A DNA stretch of 64,000 bases. Origin: an uncultured Pseudomonadales bacterium. GTDB taxonomy: Bacteria > Pseudomonadota > Gammaproteobacteria > Pseudomonadales > JAUIET01. The notes beneath the pieces are model-generated. The model was given only the letters and a program-made list of their open reading frames with translations. It was not told the DNA's origin and searched no databases. Positions 50,893 through 59,738 of the stretch are shown piece by piece (the stretch's first letter is position 1; each line of letters starts with the position of its first letter). The position numbers and the translations under genes were made by a program. The stretch lies in contig CAYGSL010000004.1 of the NCBI GenBank assembly GCA_964352475.1, positions 73,737 through 137,736 of the forward strand, given 5' to 3'.

Positions 50893-53475
50893 ATGGCAAA
50901 AGCCAAAAAAGCAGACGCAGTTAACGATACTGAATTAGCCGGTGCGCCTAACGACAGCGATAAGGCCAAGCAAGCCAAGCCTAAACGCAGTACTGCTTCT
51001 CATTCACCCGAACAACATTGGCTTCCCGCTGGCATATCATTTTTGGTGATTGCCGCCGTTGTTGGTCTGATTCTGATCATTCTGATACCGCAACGCCAGG
51101 CAACTGACCTCAAACGTCATACTGAACTGTATGCGAGTAGTCAGGCCGTGATCGTCAAGCAAAGCATTGAGCATTTACAGAATCGACTTGAATTGATCGC
51201 CGCAACACCTGAGCTGCGAAAAAGGGTCAGCGATAAAAACACCGAAGCGATGCTAAAGATGAGCGAGCAATTGAGCAACGCTTTTCCAGAAGCAAGCAAT
51301 GCCATGGTGATTCCTCTTGATGCCAAAGGCATAACCGGCTTGCGCAAGCATGGCTTGAAGCTGCGTAATAATATCGAGTCCAGCATGGTGAATCGTGCCG
51401 AAGACGGCGACAAGACTTTTCCCGAGGCGTACAAATACAAAGGTGAGACAGAATTTACCCTGGTAGCACCGATTCTCGAAGCTGATGAAATGGAAGTCAA
51501 CGGGGCCATTTTATTGCGCATGCCAATGGCATTTTTGCAAAGCGCAATTAACGGCCAGATAGAAGATCGTGGGCGCACCGAATTGATACAAGTGTTCAGT
51601 GGCAGCGAACAGGTGTTGCTAAGCAGTAACGGCACCGGTAGTAGCGAACTGGAAGCTCAGGACAAACAAATCGGAGACAGTAATTGGTGGCTGCGATTTA
51701 TGCCGTCTGATGCCGTAGCCAAAGAACTGAGCATCCCTCTTTGGAGCTTACTGGCTTTGTTGAGTATTCCAGCGCTTGGCGTACCCATCTGGCATTTTCT
51801 GTCTCTGCGAAAGCTTCGCAACCACATGGAAAGCGATTTAGACAATGTGATTAGTTATGCGCGAAGCCTTATGTCCGGTAATAAACGCATGCCGCCGGTT
51901 TTTCCCAATACTCAGCTGAATCAACTTGCTAATTTGATCGCGAATTTCAGAACGCCTGCGGCAACTGAAGAACCCGCCTCAAGCTCTACGAAATCAAGCG
52001 TAAATACCTCTTCTGCAAGCGCCTCAAAAAACGCCAAGGCAAAAACAAAAATGGATGCGGCAGAGACCAGCGCTTCTTCCGCCGCGGCGCCCGCCCCCAA
52101 AATTTCAATACCAGATCATATATTCCGCGCTTACGATATTCGGGGTGAAGCCGACAAATACCTGACCGACGAAGTTGTAAGCGCCATCGGTCGTGCAATT
52201 GGCAGTGAGGCCCTGGACCGCTCGCAAGATGAGATTGTAGTGGCCTGTGACGGTCGCTTATCCAGCCCGCGCATCAAGAAAGCACTATGTGAAGGCTTGC
52301 TGGCCAGTGGTCAAAACATTATTGATATTGGTGAGCAACCAACACCCCTGCTTTATTTTGCAACCCACCACCTGGAGACAGGCGCTGGCGTAATGATTAC
52401 GGGCAGTCACAACGGTGCTGAGTGCAATGGCCTCAAACTGGTACTGGAAGGTCGCCCGCTGGCGGGTGAGCACATACAGAATATTAAACAACGAATTGAT
52501 CAAGGACGTTATCACGAAGGCGAAGGAAGCTTGCAGGAAGCCAATGTTGCAGATGCCTATATTGACACCATCGCAGGCGATATAGCGGTAGCGCAAACCC
52601 TGAAAATTGTGGTTGATGCCGCCAATGGCATTGGTGGAATTATAGGCCCGCGGGTACTTGAGGAGCTGGGATGCGAAGTCATCGCATTGCATTGTGAGGT
52701 TGATGGTAATTTCCCAAATCATGACCCCGACCCAACAATTGCTAAAAACCTTAATGACCTCGCGGTGATGGTCAAGCAACATGAAGCGGATTTTGGCATA
52801 GCGTTTGACGGTGATGCCGATCGTGTGTGTGTTGTTGATTCCAACGGCGAAGCGGTCGCTCCAGACATTCTGCTGATGTTGTTTGCGCAAGATATCGTTT
52901 CGCGCAATCCTGGTGCCGACATTATCTATGACGTGAAATGCACCCGGCATTTAAGCAGCGTTATCAGTAGTTATGGCGGCAGACCTATCATGTGGAAGTC
53001 TGGGCACTCTTGCATCAAAGAAAAAATGCTGCAAACAGGTGCATTGTTGGGTGGTGAGTTTACCGGCCATATTTGCTTTAAAGAGCGCTGGTTCGGTTTC
53101 GATGACGGAATTTACAGTGCCGCTCGATTGATTGAAATTGTTAGCACCTCCGGACTTAAACTTGAAGAACTGTTAGCGGAGTATCCGGCCAGCAAAAGCA
53201 CGCCGGAAATCATAGTGGATACTGGTGAGCAGCAGAAGTTCGATATTGTTGAAGCCCTCACGGATAACGCCCAGTTTGGCAGCGGAAAAATTACCACACT
53301 GGATGGTATTCGGGTCGATTACCCAGACGGCTGGGGACTGATTCGACCATCAAATACCGTGCCAGCAATTACCCTGCGTTTTGAAGCTGATAACGATGAG
53401 GCACTGCAACGCATACAAACTGTATTTCGAGAGCAAATCGGGCTGATAAATCCCAACGTAGCCTCAGCTTTCTGA
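50893..53475 (+). CDS. algC: Phosphomannomutase/phosphoglucomutase (AlgC-type) with a ~400-aa N-terminal two-TM extension
   Basis: 860 aa ORF. The C-terminal ~455 aa are alpha-D-phosphohexomutase (IFRAYDIRG, the phosphoserine loop TGSHNGAECNG, the Mg loop FDGDADR, and GGEFTGH). The N-terminal part has two hydrophobic helices flanking a ~215-aa segment. An in-frame ATG at 52051 could give a short form. The position between coaBC and argB matches algC in Pseudomonas. Confidence 0.85.
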   Translation: MAKAKKADAVNDTELAGAPNDSDKAKQAKPKRSTASHSPEQHWLPAGISFLVIAAVVGLILIILIPQRQATDLKRHTELYASSQAVIVKQSIEHLQNRLELIAATPELRKRVSDKNTEAMLKMSEQLSNAFPEASNAMVIPLDAKGITGLRKHGLKLRNNIESSMVNRAEDGDKTFPEAYKYKGETEFTLVAPILEADEMEVNGAILLRMPMAFLQSAINGQIEDRGRTELIQVFSGSEQVLLSSNGTGSSELEAQDKQIGDSNWWLRFMPSDAVAKELSIPLWSLLALLSIPALGVPIWHFLSLRKLRNHMESDLDNVISYARSLMSGNKRMPPVFPNTQLNQLANLIANFRTPAATEEPASSSTKSSVNTSSASASKNAKAKTKMDAAETSASSAAAPAPKISIPDHIFRAYDIRGEADKYLTDEVVSAIGRAIGSEALDRSQDEIVVACDGRLSSPRIKKALCEGLLASGQNIIDIGEQPTPLLYFATHHLETGAGVMITGSHNGAECNGLKLVLEGRPLAGEHIQNIKQRIDQGRYHEGEGSLQEANVADAYIDTIAGDIAVAQTLKIVVDAANGIGGIIGPRVLEELGCEVIALHCEVDGNFPNHDPDPTIAKNLNDLAVMVKQHEADFGIAFDGDADRVCVVDSNGEAVAPDILLMLFAQDIVSRNPGADIIYDVKCTRHLSSVISSYGGRPIMWKSGHSCIKEKMLQTGALLGGEFTGHICFKERWFGFDDGIYSAARLIEIVSTSGLKLEELLAEYPASKSTPEIIVDTGEQQKFDIVEALTDNAQFGSGKITTLDGIRVDYPDGWGLIRPSNTVPAITLRFEADNDEALQRIQTVFREQIGLINPNVASAF

Positions 53476-53518
53476 CAAACGCGGGAAATCCTATTATCAT
53501 GCGCAGCTACTTTCATAG

Positions 53519-54427
<909 letters not shown>

Positions 54428-54561
54428 TTTCTCCGCGGCTACAAGCCGCTGGCGCGTCCATCAGGCTGCCAGCCAGAATAATTTGTGCATAATGTAACTG
54501 TGCATTGTGCGCACATAACGAAATCGATAGCATTGGCGGCTTATCACCTCAGGGTACCGCC

Positions 54562-55182
54562 ATGTTAAACAGCGCACGGAAAGAACCCAGACGCCAGCAA
54601 ATATTGCAGGCTCTGGCGCTGATGCTTGAAGAAACGCCAGGCGAGCGCATCACTACCGCTGGTATTGCCCGCCGGGTGGGCATCTCGGAGGCGGCTCTTT
54701 ACCGCCATTTTCCCAGCAAGGCGAAAATGTTCGAAGGGCTCATCGCATTTATAGAAGAAACCATTTTTAGCCGCGTACACAGAGTACTTGCCGAAGAAGC
54801 CGCTGCATCACGCCGCTGTGAGGCAACAATCACGCTGCTGCTGCAGTTTGCCGAGCGTAATCCTGGCATTGTGCGGCTGTTAACCGGCGATGTATTGGCA
54901 GGTGAAACGCGTACTCTAAGGCACCGGGTAAGCCAATTCTACGAGCGCATGGAAACCCAACTGAAGCAAATTTTGCGTGAAGGGGAATTGCGTGAAGGCT
55001 TGCGTCCTATCGCACCCGTATCCATCACAGCCAATATGATTCTTGCGACGGCGGAAGGTCGAATAGCTCAGTTTGTACGCAGCGACTTCAAGCGCAGTCC
55101 GATGGAACATTGGCCTAAACAATGGGCGTTAATTCACACACAGGTATTTGCTCCAGAACAACGCCTCGCCCAACCAGCCTGA
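54562..55182 (+). CDS. slmA: Nucleoid occlusion factor SlmA (TetR family)
   Basis: From the ATG at 54562 (MLNSARKEPRRQQILQALALMLE...), the HTH ITTAGIARRVGISEAALYRHFPSKAKMFEGLI closely parallels E. coli SlmA. The track ORF begins 19 codons further upstream. Confidence 0.85.
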   Translation: MLNSARKEPRRQQILQALALMLEETPGERITTAGIARRVGISEAALYRHFPSKAKMFEGLIAFIEETIFSRVHRVLAEEAAASRRCEATITLLLQFAERNPGIVRLLTGDVLAGETRTLRHRVSQFYERMETQLKQILREGELREGLRPIAPVSITANMILATAEGRIAQFVRSDFKRSPMEHWPKQWALIHTQVFAPEQRLAQPA

Positions 55183-55218
55183 GCGCAGCTATAGTAGCGT
55201 TTAGTATTAAAGCGATTA

Positions 55219-55899
55219 TCAGCCAGAGCTGGCTTGGGATGAACGCCGGCGCCCATAGCGCAATTCTTGCAGGTACTCGAAACGCTCTATGTCAGCAGCG
55301 TAATTGCGTTTTACTGCAGTAATTTCATTTTTCCTCGCTCGGATCTTATTGCGAGTGTCATCCACTTCAATTTCCATCGTACCGATGTTGTCTAACAACG
55401 CCTGCGGAACTTCTCTCCCTGCGCGCTCTGAATTCGCCGCCACTTCCTGCTGGCGTTCAATCTGACCTTTTAAAGAGCGCAAATTACCGCGAAGAATTGA
55501 CAATCGAACATTAATTTCGTCAACAACCCGGTTTTGCGATGCTTCTATATCGGCCACGCTGCTGTAGCGCCGCATCAGCATTTCATCTTTTTTACGTTGT
55601 TCAGCCTTAAGTTGCTGCTCGCTCATGGCCTTTTGCTTTGCGGCTATTTGTTCCTTGGTAGCCTGTGGTGCAACGGTGCGTAATACATCGCCATTGGCAT
55701 TGATTACTTCGTAGCCATATTTCACAAATTCTGGTGGCAAGTGGCTATCAATAACCATCGCACCTGCGGGCGTTTTGTATCTAAAATACTCGATGCCCGC
55801 ATGGCTCAACGCGCTACACATCAGCACCACCAACGTGGTCAGCGCCCGGAAACTGATGCTTAAGGGCCTGTTATTCAAGGTCGTATCGCTCTGCATCAT
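55219..55899 (-). CDS. Secreted DUF4124-like coiled-coil protein
   Basis: 226 aa with a signal-like N-terminus (LTTLVVLMCSALSHAG), a short beta-rich DUF4124-like segment (YRYKTPAGAMVIDSHLPPEF) and a long charged coiled-coil tail. Confidence 0.5.
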   Translation of the reverse strand: MMQSDTTLNNRPLSISFRALTTLVVLMCSALSHAGIEYFRYKTPAGAMVIDSHLPPEFVKYGYEVINANGDVLRTVAPQATKEQIAAKQKAMSEQQLKAEQRKKDEMLMRRYSSVADIEASQNRVVDEINVRLSILRGNLRSLKGQIERQQEVAANSERAGREVPQALLDNIGTMEIEVDDTRNKIRARKNEITAVKRNYAADIERFEYLQELRYGRRRSSQASSG

Positions 55900-55987
55900 T
55901 TGGTGATAAAGATGACGGTATTCATAATTTTAGCCAAAAAACCTTGAACAAGCACTGAACGATGATCGTTCAAAAGGAAAAAGTTTG

Positions 55988-56632
55988 CTAAATACCGAAT
56001 TCTTCGCGGTATGTGCGCATTTGCTGCAATTGCACGCTGCTGTTGGCGCCCGCAGCTTCCAGAAATGTGATCAGGTTCGCAAAACTGATAATGCTGGTTA
56101 CGGGAATGCTGTGCTCCGCCTGCAACTCCTGAATCGCGGATTGCTCCGTTTTGCCGCGTTCCTGGCGATCAAGGCCTACTACTATGCCCGCCGGGGTGGC
56201 ACCGGCGGCATTTATCATGTCAATTACTTCACGTACGGCGGTACCGGCAGTAATAACGTCATCAACTATCAACACGCGGCCATTCAGTGGCCCGCCCACA
56301 ATCGTTCCGCCTTCGCCGTGCGTTTTTGCTTCTTTTCTATTGTAGGCAACGGGTATATCCCTGCCGCTGTTGTCACTCCATGCAATTGCTGCGGCGGTCG
56401 CCAACGGTATTCCCTTGTACGCCGGCCCAAACAGCATATCGAATTCAATGCCGGCCGCTTCTACCGCCTGCATGTAGGCGTTTCCGGTGCGGCTTAGCGC
56501 AGTTCCGGAACGAATTAAACCGGCGTTAAAAAAATACGGGCTGCATCTACCGGACTTCAGCGTGAATTCGCCAAAGCGGAGTACGTCGTTTTCCAGCGCC
56601 AACTGAATAAAATCTGTTTGATAGTCATTCAT
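55988..56632 (-). CDS. pyrE: Orotate phosphoribosyltransferase
   Basis: 214 aa with the PRPP-binding loop VLIVDDVITAGTA and an N-terminal FGEFTLKSGR. Confidence 0.95.
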   Translation of the reverse strand: MNDYQTDFIQLALENDVLRFGEFTLKSGRCSPYFFNAGLIRSGTALSRTGNAYMQAVEAAGIEFDMLFGPAYKGIPLATAAAIAWSDNSGRDIPVAYNRKEAKTHGEGGTIVGGPLNGRVLIVDDVITAGTAVREVIDMINAAGATPAGIVVGLDRQERGKTEQSAIQELQAEHSIPVTSIISFANLITFLEAAGANSSVQLQQMRTYREEFGI

Positions 56633-56671
56633 TTACAATTATGATACACGCTTAGAGTTGCAGGGGCGATC

Positions 56672-57430
56672 ATGAGAGTCATTAACTTCTGTGCGGAAGG
56701 ATTGGAGCAAGCCGCGCAAAAAGGTTTTTTCGAGTGGGCGACCAAGCAGGACGCTGATTTTATCTGCGTGCAAGACTTGCGCGTATCTGAATACGACATC
56801 AAGAACGACGCCTGTTTCCCTTCGCAGTACAACGCCTACTTTTTTGACGCGGTTGAATCGAACACCAATGGCGTTGCTATCTATACTCGCGAATTACCCA
56901 AAGCCATTATGACAGGCTTGGGCTTTGCAGAATTTGATGTGGATGGCTTTTACGTGCAGGCAGACTTTGAACGCTACAGTGTAGGTTCGTTTTTGGCACC
57001 CATGGCAACAGATGGTGACCCAGAGTCGCAAGAACGCAAAATGCGCTTTTATGACCAGTTTCTCGCGCATTTCTCTAAAGTGCGCAATAAACGCCGCGAG
57101 TACATCCTGACTGGCAACTGGAACATTGCGTTTGAAAATACCGATATGCAAAACCCGCGCGAAGTAAGCGGCTTTCTTGAAGAAGAACGCGACTTACTCG
57201 GCCAATTGTATGACGAACTCGGTTACGCAGACGCATTTCGCCTGGCTGAAACAGATGACGACGAATACACCTGGTGGCCTGAGGGTGAACGAGACCTTAA
57301 TGGCTGGCGAGTTGATACCCAGGTAGTGTCTGAAGGCTTACGCGGCATGGTAGAACACGCCGCCGTATATCGCGGCGAGATATTTTCAAACCATGCGCCA
57401 GTAATCATCGATTACGAGCTGGACCTCTAG
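56672..57430 (+). CDS. crc: Catabolite repression control protein Crc (non-catalytic exonuclease III / AP-endonuclease family member)
   Basis: 252 aa with an EEP fold. Sits between pyrE and rph as crc does in Pseudomonas. The ExoIII catalytic motifs are degenerate (NxNG replaced by NFCAEG, LQE by VQD, SDH by SNH). Confidence 0.7.
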   Translation: MRVINFCAEGLEQAAQKGFFEWATKQDADFICVQDLRVSEYDIKNDACFPSQYNAYFFDAVESNTNGVAIYTRELPKAIMTGLGFAEFDVDGFYVQADFERYSVGSFLAPMATDGDPESQERKMRFYDQFLAHFSKVRNKRREYILTGNWNIAFENTDMQNPREVSGFLEEERDLLGQLYDELGYADAFRLAETDDDEYTWWPEGERDLNGWRVDTQVVSEGLRGMVEHAAVYRGEIFSNHAPVIIDYELDL

Positions 57431-57447
57431 CAGGCTGTTGAAACGCT

Positions 57448-58167
57448 CTATTGCGACAACGCCATTTTTTGCACCTGCATAATTTGCGTTAATCCGCGCT
57501 GGGCCAGATCCAGCATGGCTTGCAATTGTTCAGGCGAGTAAGGTTCACCTTCGGCGGTGCCCTGTATTTCGATAAAGCCTTTTGCATCACGCATTACTAC
57601 GTTCATATCAGTTTCGGCCTGTGAATCTTCAGCGTAATCCAGATCAAGTACCGCTTCGCCTTCATACACACCAACAGACACCGCAGATACCATGCCAATG
57701 ATTGGATTTTCTTTCACGCGCTTAATGTCCATCAAATGATTGACCGCGTCACTCAAGGCAACTGCCGCACCGGAAATGGAAGCACAGCGCGTGCCTCCGT
57801 CGGCCTGTAAAACGTCGCAATCGATTGTTATGGTGTTTTCCCCAAGCTTGTCCATGTCGATAGCCGCCCGTAGAGAACGACCAATCAGACGCTGAATTTC
57901 CACTGTTCTGCCTGATTGCTTGCCGCGCGCGGCCTCTCTGGCCACCCGTTCGTTGGTAGCACCTGGCAACATGCCATACTCAGCAGTAAGCCAACCGGAC
58001 CCACCACCACGCAGCCACCTGGGAACGCCTTTTTCAACGCTGGCGGTGCATAACACGCGGGTATTTCCAACTTCAACTAATACTGAACCTGCAGCGTGGC
58101 TGGTGTAGTTGCGGGTAAATTTCAAACTGCGCAGCTGGTCTGAGCGGCGGCCACTGGGTCGTTGCAT
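57448..58167 (-). CDS. rph: Ribonuclease PH
   Basis: The likely start is the ATG at 58167 ([13 protein letters not shown]...), giving 239 aa, with the [14 protein letters not shown] and GGTR motifs. The track ORF extends 17 codons further upstream. Confidence 0.93.
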   Translation of the reverse strand: MQRPSGRRSDQLRSLKFTRNYTSHAAGSVLVEVGNTRVLCTASVEKGVPRWLRGGGSGWLTAEYGMLPGATNERVAREAARGKQSGRTVEIQRLIGRSLRAAIDMDKLGENTITIDCDVLQADGGTRCASISGAAVALSDAVNHLMDIKRVKENPIIGMVSAVSVGVYEGEAVLDLDYAEDSQAETDMNVVMRDAKGFIEIQGTAEGEPYSPEQLQAMLDLAQRGLTQIMQVQKMALSQ

Positions 58168-58310
58168 GAATATTCCTGTTTTTCGGCTTGTGGTTGTGGG
58201 ATTAGTGGAGTGTCTCAAATAGTTGAGTACAATACGCGTCTACCGCATGCGCTACCTGATGGACAGAGCGTTTAGCGGGTACAGCGCACAACTTACAGTA
58301 TGACAGCCTT

Positions 58311-58949
58311 TTGAACAGCACTGAACAACAGAACAAAGCCAGCGGACAACTGTTTACGGTTTCCGCACCATCCGGTGCCGGTAAAACCAGCCTGGTGCAG
58401 GCCCTGATTGCCGCAGTTCCCAACATCAATGTGTCGGTATCACACACCACCCGCTTACGCAGGGCCGGTGAGCACAACGGTGTGAACTATCACTTTATTG
58501 ATGAGACGCAATTCAATGCCATGCGCGAAGCTGGCGATTTTCTCGAGCACGCTACGGTATTCAACAACAACTATGGCACTTCAAGAAGCGAGGTCGAGTT
58601 GGTATTAGCCAATGGCGAAGATGTGATTCTAGAGATTGATTGGCAGGGTGCTGCGCAAATTAAGCAACTGTTGCCAACGACCGTATCGATTTTTATTCTG
58701 CCACCGTCATTGCAGGCGCTGGAAGAACGCCTGACGGGTCGCGGCCAGGACGACGAAACCGTGATTGCCGGGCGCATGCAGGCAGCCGTGAACGAAATCA
58801 GCCACTATGCAGCAGCCGATTATCTAATCGTAAACGAGGTGTTTGCCACAGCTTTGGCCGAGCTCGAGCATATCGTTCGCGGCCAGCGCCTGAGCCTGGC
58901 GCGCCAACAGCAACGACACGCACAACTACTGGCTGAGCTTCTGGCGTAG
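58311..58949 (+). CDS. gmk: Guanylate kinase
   Basis: 212 aa from a TTG start, with the P-loop SAPSGAGKTSL, and VSHTTR. Confidence 0.92.
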   Translation: MNSTEQQNKASGQLFTVSAPSGAGKTSLVQALIAAVPNINVSVSHTTRLRRAGEHNGVNYHFIDETQFNAMREAGDFLEHATVFNNNYGTSRSEVELVLANGEDVILEIDWQGAAQIKQLLPTTVSIFILPPSLQALEERLTGRGQDDETVIAGRMQAAVNEISHYAAADYLIVNEVFATALAELEHIVRGQRLSLARQQQRHAQLLAELLA

Positions 58950-59007
58950 CGTTTGGAGCGACAGCAGCACAAAATTGCCAACAAAGTGCACACAGCCGCG
59001 TCGGGAA

Positions 59008-59036
59008 TTGTTTGTAGCCTTCATCTACGCTACAAT
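59008..59036 (+). promoter_or_regulatory. Candidate sigma70 promoter TTGTTT-N17-TACAAT upstream of rpoZ-spoT
   Basis: TTGTTT at 59008-59013, a 17-nt spacer and TACAAT at 59031-59036, about 130 nt upstream of the rpoZ ATG. Pattern match only. Confidence 0.3.
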
Positions 59037-59164
59037 ATCGGGTTCGATCGAGGCAATATGCCTCACTTTACACTCACACTACAGTGCCGTGTTTTCCCAG
59101 TGTCAGGCCAATTTGAGGCTTAGTCAGGAAAGAATCTAACGGCAGCACATTTAGGGTACTCGAA

Positions 59165-59650
59165 ATGGCACGCGTTACAGTTGAAGATTGTCTTGAAAAT
59201 GTAGGCAATCGCTTTGATCTAGTGATGATCGCAAGCAAGAGAGCCAGACAAATAGCCACCGGTGGTAAAGAGCCGCTGGTCAAAGAAGACGGCGACAAGC
59301 CAACTGTTATCGCACTGCGTGAGATCAAGGACAACCTGATCAACGACGATATATTGCGTGAAACGGAAGAGGCCGAAGAAAACTTCGAACACGAAATGGA
59401 CCTGGCAGTATCAGGCGAAAGCGAAACAAGCGGTATGACACAGCACCAGGGGCTGGGCGCATTCCGCCGCTCCGAGTCGTTTCAAAGCGACGCGGAAGCC
59501 GTTGGTGGCAGTATCGCTCCAGCGGCACCTGAGGCCAGCGCCGAAGAAACCATCACACCGGCCCCTGCCGATGACCTTGATACCGACGCCCTGATTCGCG
59601 CACTGCAAGCGGCGAGCAATGTTGAGCCAGACGCGCCTGGCAGCGAATAG
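59165..59650 (+). CDS. rpoZ: RNA polymerase omega subunit with an extended acidic C-terminal tail
   Basis: The N-terminal [30 protein letters not shown] is canonical omega. The ORF continues to 161 aa with an Ala/Glu/Ser-rich tail. Confidence 0.9.
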   Translation: MARVTVEDCLENVGNRFDLVMIASKRARQIATGGKEPLVKEDGDKPTVIALREIKDNLINDDILRETEEAEENFEHEMDLAVSGESETSGMTQHQGLGAFRRSESFQSDAEAVGGSIAPAAPEASAEETITPAPADDLDTDALIRALQAASNVEPDAPGSE

Positions 59651-59738
59651 TTTCCTGCAAGCGAAACTGGTTTGCTTCTTTGATGTAATGCGGCCAGTTT
59701 CTCTCGTGCGTCTGCTAGCCCTGACGGATTAGCGCCCG

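Noticed and set aside
52285-52950. A 221-aa minus-strand ORF antisense to algC. Similar cases are 55985..56497 (antisense to pyrE), 44156..44740 (antisense to rsmD) and 25848..26267 (antisense to the tonB-like start).
   Set aside because: Each is fully embedded in a gene with strong family motifs on the other strand, and none has recognisable motifs or start signals of its own.
54428-54470. The hairpin GCGGCT-ACA-AGCCGC just after argB, considered as a possible terminator.
   Set aside because: The stem is only 6 bp, the loop is 3 nt and no T-tract follows, so the evidence is too weak.
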